DNA of 24,548 nucleotides from Armatimonadota bacterium. Its GTDB lineage: Bacteria; Sysuimicrobiota; Sysuimicrobiia; Sysuimicrobiales; Kaftiobacteriaceae. Under the pieces are notes generated by a model. The model was not told where the DNA came from. It worked only from the letters and a program-made list of their open reading frames with translations, and did not search any database. Each line of letters starts with the position of its first letter. The first letter of the stretch is position 1. Where the stretch lies: NCBI GenBank assembly GCA_037440005.1, contig JBBIUY010000041.1, positions 1-24,548 of the forward strand. Direction: 5' to 3'. This document shows, one piece after another, positions 1-8,874 of the stretch. A program made the translations under genes and the position numbers.

Positions 1-1044
1 CGCCGCGGCTCCGGCGGCCAGCACGATCCCCCACGCGCGGGCCGCCGCGGGGAGCTCCTCGTCGGCGGCCCGCTCCATCTCGCGCCGGAGCGTCCCCGCC
101 TCCATCTCCAGGATGGCGGCGCGCTCTGCGAGCTTGCGGGCCGCGGCGACGGCCTCCGGGGCCGGCAGACCGCCGGCGGTGGCGGCCTCCAGCTCCCGGT
201 CCACGGCGGCCAGGCGGGTCACGGTGTCCTCGATGGTGCGCACCTGCTCCTCCAGCATGGCCTCCTCGCGACGCAGACCGTCCAGGCGCTCCTGCCAGGC
301 CACGATCTGGCGGTTGTGCTCCACCAGCGCCCGCTTGCTGGCGAGCTCCTCGGCGGCGGCGGCCAGCCGGCGGCGCACCTCCTGCAGGTCCGCCTGCAGC
401 CGGACCGCCGCGTCGCGGCTCTGGCGCAGCCGCGCGGCCCGCTCCCGCAGCCCCGCCACCGCGTCCTCCCACAGCCGCAGGTCGCCCGGCTCCCGGGCGG
501 GCGCCCGGACGCCCCGCTCCAGGGCCCGGAGGTGTTGCTCCAGGCGGCGGAGGGCGGTGGCCACGTCCTCCCCTCCCCCGCCGACGATCCGCCCCAGCTC
601 CCGGGCGATGCTGGTGATGTGGATGCGCTCCAGCTCCGCCTGGGCCACGTGGGCGGTGGCGTCGAACACCTTGTCCGACGCCAGCCCCAGGTGGGCGGCC
701 AGACGTTCCTGCACGCTCTTGTGCTGCTCCCAGGTCCGCCCGGCGTCGTCCCGCAGCACCGTGCGGCGCTGGGCGAAGTCCTTGAGGAGGGTGAAGACCC
801 GGCCGTCGATCTCCAGCTCCAGCTCCAAGACCGGCGGGTCGCCGGCGCCCCAGGCCCGGTAGCGGTCGCGCTCCTGGGCCGAGGTGGTGGCGGGGTTGCC
901 GTACAGCGCCGCGTGGATCGCCGCCCGCAGGGAGGACTTGCCCGCCTCGTTGGGGCCGACCACCACGTTGACGCCGCGGGCGAACTCAAAGGGATCCTCG
1001 GGCAGGCCCAGAAAGCGGCGGGCGCGCAGGCGGCGGAGGATCAC
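1..1044 (-). CDS. SMC-like AAA ATPase, SbcC/Rad50/YhaN family (N-terminal 348 codons; continues beyond the left edge)
   Basis: Not in the ORF track; translated by hand from GTG at 1044, which overlaps the upstream stop (GTGA): MILRRLRARRFLGLPEDPFEFARGVNVVVGPNEAGKSSLRAAIHAALYG. Walker A GPNEAGKS in a Rad50/SbcC-type N-terminus, then a long coiled-coil-like region; lies directly after an SbcD-type gene. Confidence 0.9.
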   Translation of the reverse strand, partial: MILRRLRARRFLGLPEDPFEFARGVNVVVGPNEAGKSSLRAAIHAALYGNPATTSAQERDRYRAWGAGDPPVLELELEIDGRVFTLLKDFAQRRTVLRDDAGRTWEQHKSVQERLAAHLGLASDKVFDATAHVAQAELERIHITSIARELGRIVGGGGEDVATALRRLEQHLRALERGVRAPAREPGDLRLWEDAVAGLRERAARLRQSRDAAVRLQADLQEVRRRLAAAAEELASKRALVEHNRQIVAWQERLDGLRREEAMLEEQVRTIEDTVTRLAAVDRELEAATAGGLPAPEAVAAARKLAERAAILEMEAGTLRREMERAADEELPAAARAWGIVLAAGAAA

Positions 1045-2159
1045 GACAGCACCTCCCGGCCCTGCAGCAGCGCCACCCCCACCTGCAGCGCCTCCTCCAG
1101 GACCGGCCGCCGGGCCTCGTCGGCGGACGCCAGGCGCGCCCGCATGATCCGGACGAACCGCCCCAGCACGCTGTCGGCGGGCAGGGCGTCCAGCTGGTCG
1201 TCGGCCAGCTGCACCTGCACGCGGGCGCGCACCCGCAGCCGGAAGAACCTGTCCGCGTACTCGCGCTCCAGGGCGGCGGCGTCCACCACCCGGTCCACCG
1301 GCACCAGCCCGGTGAGGATCACGTCGCACACCGCCTCGGGGTCGGCGGCGGCCTGAAGCTGCGCGCGCACCGCGTCGTCGTCGGCGGATGAGAGGTCCAC
1401 CACCAGGCGCCGGAACCGGCGGCGGCCCACCGGCACCGGGGTGACCCGCGCGGCGCCCGGGGCGGCGATGTCCACCCGCAGCACGTGTCCGGCGCCCTCC
1501 TGGTCGAAGGCCAGCAGCTCCGGGGATCCCGCGTACCAGGCGGGCGCGGGCGGGCCCGCCACTTCCTGGGCCGAATGCCAGTCGCCCAGCGCCAGGTAGT
1601 CCAGCCCCAGGTCGCGGATCTCCAGCGGGTGGATGACCCCGGGCCCCTCCACCTGGCCGGCCCGGTACACGGACCCGTGGGCGAGGCCGACGGCGAACCG
1701 GGTCGTCCGCTGCCGCGGCCAGCCGCTGAGGGGACTGGCGGTCCGGCCCGGGTCGGCGGACCGCCCCACCACGGTGAGGTCCAGGTCGGGCAGGACGCGG
1801 GATTCCACCTCCCGCCCGAACAGCATCAGGCGCGGTCCCAGCGCCTGCAGGCGGTCGGCGGCGCCGACGCGCCCGTCGGCGCCCACGTCGTGGTTGCCGG
1901 CCGCCACCGCCACCGGGACGCCCCTGTCCACCAGCCGGCGGAACTGCTGGACCACCCGCTCGACGGTGGCGGGGGCGGGGTGAGGGCTGTCGAACAGGTC
2001 GCCGGCGACCAGCACCAGGTGGACCTGGTCGGCCAGGGCGAGGTCCACCGCCCGCTCCAGCGCCTCTTCCAGCGCCCGGCGCTGGGCGCCGCCCTGGGAG
2101 CCCAGGGCGGCGAACGGCCGGCCCAGGTGGACGTCGGCCAGGTGCAGCAGCCGGATCAC
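1041..2159 (-). CDS. sbcD: SbcD/Mre11-family DNA repair nuclease (calcineurin-like metallophosphoesterase), ~372 aa
   Basis: C-terminal part of track ORF 1041..5762; GTG start at 2159 overlaps the helicase stop. Motifs LHLADVHLG, AGDLFD, GNHD, LAHG, YLALGDWH and YAGSPE are present. Confidence 0.9.
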   Translation of the reverse strand: MIRLLHLADVHLGRPFAALGSQGGAQRRALEEALERAVDLALADQVHLVLVAGDLFDSPHPAPATVERVVQQFRRLVDRGVPVAVAAGNHDVGADGRVGAADRLQALGPRLMLFGREVESRVLPDLDLTVVGRSADPGRTASPLSGWPRQRTTRFAVGLAHGSVYRAGQVEGPGVIHPLEIRDLGLDYLALGDWHSAQEVAGPPAPAWYAGSPELLAFDQEGAGHVLRVDIAAPGAARVTPVPVGRRRFRRLVVDLSSADDDAVRAQLQAAADPEAVCDVILTGLVPVDRVVDAAALEREYADRFFRLRVRARVQVQLADDQLDALPADSVLGRFVRIMRARLASADEARRPVLEEALQVGVALLQGREVLS

Positions 2160-5100
2160 TCGTCCAGCTCCGGGTCGCCCGAGGCGGTGTACGGGCAGAT
2201 GGACGCGAAGGCGCAGTACCGGCACGCCCGGTAGTAGTCGGGGGTGGCGGTGAAGCGCCCGGCCCGGATGCCGGCGGCCACCCGCTCGATGACCTCGGCG
2301 GCGCGGTCCAGCAGGTCCCGGTCGGGCACCGCGGTGCCTACCAGGACCTGCTGGGGGCCGAGGAAGTGCAGCTCCAGCCGGGACGGCGGCGCGCCGTAGA
2401 CCTCCCGGTAGGCCAGCGCGTAGATGGCCAGCTGCAGGCTCTCCCGGGCGCGCCGGTCGGCGTCCTTCTGGGTGCGCACGTCGGAGGTCTTGAAGTCGAT
2501 GAGCACCACTTCGTCCCCGCGCAGGTCCACCCGGTCCCACCGTCCCTTCACCCGGGTCAACCCCACCTGGAAGGAAAACGGGGCTTCGACGAAGGTGGGC
2601 ACGTATCCGCTGGATTCCTGGAACTCCACAAAGCGGGTGAGGACCTCCCGTCCTTCGGCCAGGCGCTGGTCCTCGTGCTCGCGGCTGATGAACCCCTCGC
2701 TCACCCACACCCGCTCGAAGTGGGCCAGCACGTCCGCCAGGGTCACCGGCTGGCGGCGCGCCCGGCGCCGGTGGTACTCCCGGATGGCCTCGTGGATCGC
2801 CGACCCGTAGACCACCCGGTGGTCGCGCAGCAGCGGCACCCGCAGGATGTGGGTGTACTTGTACTTGAGGGGGCACAGCTCGTAGTCGTCCACCTGGCGG
2901 TAGGACAGCAGCAGGGGCTGGTCGGGCGGCAGCACCCCCTCCAGGGACTGCTGGCCCGCCGCCGGCGGAGCGTGGCGGTGGATGGTCTCCTCCGGGGAGG
3001 CGGCCACGGCGCCCCCCTCCCCCCGGGGCAGGTCCAGGGCCTCCAGGACGAACCGGCTGACCTTGCGGGGGCGGGCGCCCCCGTAGTCCCGGGCGCTGGT
3101 CAGAAACAGTTCCCGCTGGGCCCGGGTCATGCCCACGTAGAACAGCCGTCGCTCCTCCTGCAGGTGGGCGTCGCCGGCGGGCAGGATGTCCTTGACCAGC
3201 GCGTCGGGCAGCGGGATGGGCTCGCCCCGGTGGCGGGTGGGGAACCGGTCGGCCACGCAGCTCACCAGGAACACCACCGGAAACTCCAGCCCCTTGGCCT
3301 TGTGCACCGTCAGCACGTGGACCGCGTCCTGGTCCAGGTCGGCCTCGGCGACCGCGGGGTCGTCCCCGGCCTCGATGAGGTCGTCCATGTGCTGGACGAA
3401 CTCCGGGACCCGGTCGTAGGCGGCGATCTCGCCGTAGCGGGCCACCAGGTCGAAAAAGCGCGCCAGGTTGGCCACCCGCACCTCGTCCTCGGGCAGGCCG
3501 CTGGTGGCCAGCCGGCGGACGTAGCCGGTGCGGGTCACCAGGTACTCGTACAGGACCCGGCCGGTGGGGTGGTCGGTCATCGCCTGCCGCATGGCGTCCA
3601 GGTCCTCCAGCAGCTTGGCGATGGCGGCCCGGCTTTCCGGGGACAGCTCCGCGGCCAGATCGGGGGCCGCGTCCAGGTGGCGGAAGACGTGCTCCAGGGT
3701 GCGGTGCTTGCGGTCGGCGTAGCTGAGGGCCCGGGCCATGTCGGTGGCGTTCACCAGGTACAGGGGGGAGACCCCCAGGTAGAACAGGCTCAGGTTGTCC
3801 TGGGGGCGGGCCAGCACCCGCAGGAAGGCCAGGGCCAGGCGGATCTCCTCCCGGTTGTACAGCCCCCGGCTGCCGGTGAACCGGTAGGGAATGCCCCGCA
3901 TGTTCAGGGCCCGCAGGAACGGATCGGCGTCGGCGTTGCTGCGCACCAGGATGGCCACGTCCCGGTACCGCCAGGCCCCCGCCTCCACCTGGCTGGCGAT
4001 CTGGCGGGCGACCCAGTCCGCCTCGCTGCTGAGGGTGTCCAGGTGCACGTGGCGGGGCGGCGTCCCGCCGGGCCGCACCGCCCGCAGCCGCTTGTCCAGC
4101 CGGTGGCGGACCTCCAGCCGGTCGGGGTTGTTGTGCTGGATGAGGCGGTAGGCGGCGTCCAGGATGGGCTGGGTGGAGCGGTAGTTGGTGGTGAGGACCA
4201 CCTGGGTGGCGTGGGGGTAGGTGTCCAGGAAGGTCAGGATGTTGCTGATGGCGGCCCCCCGGAACTTGTAGATGGACTGGTCGTCGTCGCCCACCACCGT
4301 GACGTTCTGCGGTCCGTCGTCGCCGGCCAGCAGGCGCACCAGCTGGAACTGGGCGTAGTTGGTGTCCTGGAACTCGTCCACCAGGATGTAGCGGAACCGC
4401 TGCCGGCAGGCCCGCAGGACGGAGGGGTGCTCCCTGAACAGCCGCAGGGTCAGGGTGATGAGGTCGCCGAAGTCCACCAACCCCTCCCGGGCCAGCAGCT
4501 CCTGGTAGCGCTCGTAGGCCAGGGCCAGCTCCATCTGCTGGCGGGCCAGGTCCACTAGCTCCCGGTCCTGGGGCGCGGCCGCGGCCGCGGACGCCAGCCG
4601 CTCGGCGTAGGCCCGGTACTCGGCGGGGCTGACGTCCTCGTCCTTGGCGCGGGAGAACAGGTTCAGCAACGCCTCCACGTGCCGGGTGGGGTCGCCCAGG
4701 GGACGGTAGACGTCCAGGGGCAGGTCGAACAGGTGCTGGCGGACGAACACCACCTGCTCGGCCCGGGTCAGCACCCGGAAGTCCGGGGGCAGGCCCAGGA
4801 CCAGGGCGTACTCCCGCAGGATCCGGTCCCCGAAGGCGTGAAAGGTGCTGATCCACACGTCGGTGTAGCCGTAGGGGACCAGCACGTCCACGCGCTCTTC
4901 CATCTCGGCCGCGGCCTTGTCGGTGAAGGTCAGGGCCAGGATCTCCGACGGCCGCGCCCGGCGGGTGGCGATGAGCCAGGCGATGCGGCGGGTGATGACC
5001 TGGGTCTTGCCGGTGCCGGCGCCGGCCACGATGAGCAGGGGGCCGGTCTCGTGGGTGACGGCCCGCCGCTGCTCCTCGTTGAGGTCGGCCAGGATCCGCT

Positions 5101-5191
5101 CGACCGGGTCCCCCGCGGGCCGCTCCTCCTCCAGGGCCAGCGGCAGCTGGCCCGACAGAGGCGGGTCGGCCAGGACGCGGGGGTCGGTCAT
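2156..5191 (-). CDS. UvrD/PcrA-family SF1A helicase fused to a C-terminal PD-(D/E)XK RecB-family nuclease with 4 Cys (AddA/AdnB-like), 1011 aa
   Basis: Helicase motifs LNEEQ, AGAGTGKT, LTFTDKAA, TFHAF, DEFQDTN, VGDDDQSIYKFRGA, NYRS, TVHKAKGLEF and EERRLFYVGMTRA. Nuclease motifs GRWDRVD, IDFKT and QLAIYALA. Cys pattern ELCPLKY...CRYCAFASIC. Confidence 0.93.
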   Translation of the reverse strand: MTDPRVLADPPLSGQLPLALEEERPAGDPVERILADLNEEQRRAVTHETGPLLIVAGAGTGKTQVITRRIAWLIATRRARPSEILALTFTDKAAAEMEERVDVLVPYGYTDVWISTFHAFGDRILREYALVLGLPPDFRVLTRAEQVVFVRQHLFDLPLDVYRPLGDPTRHVEALLNLFSRAKDEDVSPAEYRAYAERLASAAAAAPQDRELVDLARQQMELALAYERYQELLAREGLVDFGDLITLTLRLFREHPSVLRACRQRFRYILVDEFQDTNYAQFQLVRLLAGDDGPQNVTVVGDDDQSIYKFRGAAISNILTFLDTYPHATQVVLTTNYRSTQPILDAAYRLIQHNNPDRLEVRHRLDKRLRAVRPGGTPPRHVHLDTLSSEADWVARQIASQVEAGAWRYRDVAILVRSNADADPFLRALNMRGIPYRFTGSRGLYNREEIRLALAFLRVLARPQDNLSLFYLGVSPLYLVNATDMARALSYADRKHRTLEHVFRHLDAAPDLAAELSPESRAAIAKLLEDLDAMRQAMTDHPTGRVLYEYLVTRTGYVRRLATSGLPEDEVRVANLARFFDLVARYGEIAAYDRVPEFVQHMDDLIEAGDDPAVAEADLDQDAVHVLTVHKAKGLEFPVVFLVSCVADRFPTRHRGEPIPLPDALVKDILPAGDAHLQEERRLFYVGMTRAQRELFLTSARDYGGARPRKVSRFVLEALDLPRGEGGAVAASPEETIHRHAPPAAGQQSLEGVLPPDQPLLLSYRQVDDYELCPLKYKYTHILRVPLLRDHRVVYGSAIHEAIREYHRRRARRQPVTLADVLAHFERVWVSEGFISREHEDQRLAEGREVLTRFVEFQESSGYVPTFVEAPFSFQVGLTRVKGRWDRVDLRGDEVVLIDFKTSDVRTQKDADRRARESLQLAIYALAYREVYGAPPSRLELHFLGPQQVLVGTAVPDRDLLDRAAEVIERVAAGIRAGRFTATPDYYRACRYCAFASICPYTASGDPELDE

Positions 5192-5829
5192 GACGGCTCG
5201 GCGGGGCGGCCGAACAGGTCCTGCAGGACCCGGGCGACGACGCCGGCGGCAAAGCCGCGGCGCAGAAGCACGCCGGCCAGGCGGCGGGCAGCCACGTCGG
5301 CGGGCAGATTCCGGTAGCGGCGCAGGCGGCCGGCGGCCACCGCCCGGGCGAGGGCCAGTTCCTCGCCGGCGGGCAGGGCCGCGGCCAGGGCTGCCTCCAC
5401 CACTTCCCGATCCACCCCGCGGGACGTGAGTTCGTAGCGCAGGCGCCGGCGGCCCGACGGACGCAGAGCCATCCGGTCCCGGACCCAGGAGTCGGCAAAC
5501 CGCCGGTCGTCGACGAGTCCCCGGGCGCGCAGGTCCTCCACCGCGGCGGCGATGGCGCTGTCGGGCAGGCCGCGCCGGCGCAGGCGGTCCAGCAGCTCCT
5601 TCTCGCTGCGGGGGCGCGCCGCCAGCAGCCGCCCGGCGGCCTCGGCGGCCTCCAGACGCGCGGAGCGCTCCTGCACCGCCTGCAGGACCGCCTCGTCCAC
5701 CTCCGCGCCCGGCCGCAGGCCCAGGGCGACCACGTCGTCGGGGCGCAGCCGGAAGGACGCACCGGTGTCCAGGTCGACGCGCTGGTATCCTCCGCGGCCC
5801 CGGGACGGACGGACCTCCCTGACCTTCAC
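5188..5829 (-). CDS. recX: RecA regulator RecX (with N-terminal extension), 213 aa
   Basis: LLAARPRSEKELLDRL, GLVDDRRFADSW, GRRRLRYELTSRGV and LLRRGF repeats; GGAGG RBS upstream; immediately downstream of recA. Confidence 0.93.
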   Translation of the reverse strand: MKVREVRPSRGRGGYQRVDLDTGASFRLRPDDVVALGLRPGAEVDEAVLQAVQERSARLEAAEAAGRLLAARPRSEKELLDRLRRRGLPDSAIAAAVEDLRARGLVDDRRFADSWVRDRMALRPSGRRRLRYELTSRGVDREVVEAALAAALPAGEELALARAVAAGRLRRYRNLPADVAARRLAGVLLRRGFAAGVVARVLQDLFGRPAEPS

Positions 5830-5850
5830 GGGCGCCCTCCGGACGTGGCG

Positions 5851-6906
<1,056 letters not shown>

Positions 6907-6968
6907 CGCCTGGCCTCCCGCCCGCACCTCCTGGTGCGGGAGTCGTTGTGTGTCAGGTTCGCGCGCGC

Positions 6969-6997
6969 AGTCTACCAAACGTTTGTTCGCTTGTCAA
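6969..6997 (-). promoter_or_regulatory. Sigma70-type promoter of recA (-35 TTGACA, 17-nt spacer, -10 TAGACT)
   Basis: Minus strand reads TTGACA-agcgaacaaacgtttgg-TAGACT (-35 at 6992-6997, -10 at 6969-6974), an AT-rich patch ~60 nt upstream of the recA ATG. Confidence 0.88.
6976..6989 (-). promoter_or_regulatory. LexA (SOS/Cheo) box CGAACAAACGTTTG
   Basis: Matches GAAC-N4-GTTY, the Firmicutes/Actinobacteria/Chloroflexi-type LexA operator, and lies in the recA promoter spacer. Confidence 0.85.
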
Positions 6998-7023
6998 TAG
7001 CCCCGGTGGGTCGGCCCGCACTA

Positions 7024-7605
7024 CTAGTTCTCGTGGCCGGCGAGCGTGACCTCCTCAACCCGTGTGTATATCGGGCCCTGGGGGGTGAGCCTGCTCTCCA
7101 TCACGCAGACCGACCGCACCGTCTGGGTCCCCACCTCCACGTCCCGGTACTGGGTCAGGGCCCTGACCACGTCTCCCCACTGGCGGGCGTCCCGCACCCG
7201 CGCCAGGGTGAGATGCGGCCGGAAGCGGCGGTCCTCGGGAGGGAACCGGTGGTGCACCAGGCGTTCGTCCACCCGCCGGGCCAGGGACTCCAGCTCCCGG
7301 GCGCCTTCGTCCACGCCCACCCAGACCACCTGGGGGCGCTGCAGGCTGGGGAACGCTCCCAGGCGCCGCAGAGTGATGGCGAACGGCGCCACGCCCCGGG
7401 CGGCCTCCCGGGTGGCGATCTTGGCCAGGGCGACCTGGGCGGGGGTGATCTCGCCCAAAAAGCGCAGGGTGAAGTGCAGGCTGGCGGGCTTCACCCACTT
7501 GATGCGGGCGCCGGCGTCTTCCAGCGCCCGCTGCGCGGCCACCACCGCCCCGTGCAGGGCCGGGTCCAGCTCGACGGCGATGAAGATGCGGTGGCGGGCG
7601 TTCAT
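7024..7605 (-). CDS. thpR: RNA 2',3'-cyclic phosphodiesterase (2H family, '2'-5' RNA ligase'), 193 aa
   Basis: C-terminal part of track ORF 7024..9657; ATG at 7605 overlaps the cinA stop (ATGA). RIFIAV start and two HxT motifs (LHFTLRFLG, FRPHLTLAR); common cinA-thpR-recA context. Confidence 0.93.
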   Translation of the reverse strand: MNARHRIFIAVELDPALHGAVVAAQRALEDAGARIKWVKPASLHFTLRFLGEITPAQVALAKIATREAARGVAPFAITLRRLGAFPSLQRPQVVWVGVDEGARELESLARRVDERLVHHRFPPEDRRFRPHLTLARVRDARQWGDVVRALTQYRDVEVGTQTVRSVCVMESRLTPQGPIYTRVEEVTLAGHEN

Positions 7606-8840
7606 CGTCCCAGCAGGTACAGCCGCAGCAGGTTGAGGGCGGCCTGGGAGGCCAGGAACCGGATCCCCTCCCGCCCCGCCTCCGCGCCCAGCTGCAGCCG
7701 GCGCGCCTCCACGCCGTCCGGGTGGGCCAGGGCCAGGTAGACCAGCCCCACCGGCTTGATGGGCGTCCCGCCGCCGGGCCCGGCGATGCCCGTGATCCCC
7801 AGACCCAGCGCCGCGCCCGACCGCGCGCGGACGGCGGCCGCCATCGCCTCCGCCACCTCGGCGCTGACGGCGCCGTGCGCGCGCAGCAGCGACGGGTCCA
7901 CCCCCAGGTCTCTGACTTTGGAGTCGTTGCTGTAGGCGACGATGCCCGCGAGGAAGAAGGCGGAACTGCCGGGGGTCGCGGTCAGCCGCTGGCTGACCAG
8001 CCCGCCGGTGCATGACTCCGCCACGGCCACCGTCAGGCGGCGCGCGGTCAGCAGGGACGCGGTGACCGCCTCCAGGGTCTGGTCGTCGGTGCCGTACACC
8101 AGATCGCCCAGCCGCTCCCGGACCAGCGCCTCGCCCCGGTCCAGCGCCGCGGCGACCTCCTGGGGGCTGCCCTTGGCGGTCAGCCGCAGGTGCACCTCTC
8201 CCAGTTTGGCGTAGGGCGCGATGGTGGGCTGGGTGCTGGCCAGCAGGTCCTTGATGCGGGCCTCCACGGCCGACTCCCCCTCCCCGGTCACCCGGAGCAC
8301 CCGGGAGCGGATCACCACCCCGCCCGTCCGCCCGCGCAGCAGCGGCAGCAGGTAGGACTCCACCATGCCCTGCATCTCGTCGGGCACCCCGGGCATGATG
8401 ACGATCTCCCGGCCGTCGTGCTGCAGGTGGATGCCCGGCGCCGTGCCGCGGCTGTTGGGGATGACCCGGGCGTCTCGGGGAACCAGGGCCTGCTTGTACA
8501 CCGTCTGGGGCGGGGTGCGCCCCCGGGAGGCGAAAAACCGCCGGATGTGCTCGGCCACGTCGGGGTCGAAGACCAGCTCCCTCCCCAGGCCCTGCGCCAC
8601 GGCCTGGACGGTGAGGTCGTCCTCGGTGGGGCCCAGGCCTCCGGTGATCAGGACCACGTCGGCTCTGGACAGGGCGAGCTGCAGGGCCTCCTGGATCCGG
8701 GCGGCGTTGTCGCCCACCGTCTGGCGGTACAGCACGTCCACGCCCGCCTCGGCCAGCCGCTGCCCCAGGTAGGCGGCGTTGGTGTCCACGATCTGGCCCA
8801 GCAGCAACTCGGTGCCGACGGAGATGACCTCTGCCCGCAT
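7602..8840 (-). CDS. cinA: Competence/damage-inducible protein CinA (MocF-like domain + PncC NMN deamidase), 412 aa
   Basis: EVISVGTELLLGQIVDTNA, TGGLGPTEDDLT, AESCTGG, PGSS, GAVSAEVA and GITGIAGPGGG..KPVG. Confidence 0.96.
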   Translation of the reverse strand: MRAEVISVGTELLLGQIVDTNAAYLGQRLAEAGVDVLYRQTVGDNAARIQEALQLALSRADVVLITGGLGPTEDDLTVQAVAQGLGRELVFDPDVAEHIRRFFASRGRTPPQTVYKQALVPRDARVIPNSRGTAPGIHLQHDGREIVIMPGVPDEMQGMVESYLLPLLRGRTGGVVIRSRVLRVTGEGESAVEARIKDLLASTQPTIAPYAKLGEVHLRLTAKGSPQEVAAALDRGEALVRERLGDLVYGTDDQTLEAVTASLLTARRLTVAVAESCTGGLVSQRLTATPGSSAFFLAGIVAYSNDSKVRDLGVDPSLLRAHGAVSAEVAEAMAAAVRARSGAALGLGITGIAGPGGGTPIKPVGLVYLALAHPDGVEARRLQLGAEAGREGIRFLASQAALNLLRLYLLGR

Positions 8841-8874
8841 CCCGACCCCGATCCCCGATCCCCGCTCCCTGCCC
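8841..8874 (-). repeat. Short G-rich heptamer tandem repeat (CGGGGAT-like) between rodZ and cinA
   Basis: Minus strand reads GGGcaGGGagcGGGGatcGGGGatcGGGGtcGGG immediately before the cinA ATG. Confidence 0.6.

Noticed and set aside
2156..2900. Cas4-like nuclease as a cas gene for the CRISPR repeat
   Set aside because: The 4-Cys RecB fold is shared with AddB/AdnB; here it is fused to a UvrD helicase inside a recA operon more than 20 kb from the repeat.
2366..4558. Long antisense ORFs (also 5845..7740, 11701..14709, 20646..22607 and others)
   Set aside because: Antisense mirrors of real genes caused by GC3 bias; no recognisable domains.
1..5191. Anti-phage defence system reading (Gabija/Wadjet/Lamassu-like) for helicase + nuclease + SMC
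   Set aside because: No OLD/TOPRIM, kleisin/KITE or effector genes are visible; core-like codon usage and coupling to recA-recX favour DNA repair.
1041..5762. 1573-aa ORF suggesting a giant SbcD fusion
   Set aside because: Only the last ~372 aa are SbcD. The rest is low-complexity R/P/G/A sequence in an alternative frame over the helicase and recX, left open by high GC.
6945..6965. Second LexA site downstream of the recA -10
   Set aside because: Only a CGAAC half-site, with no GTTY at the right spacing.
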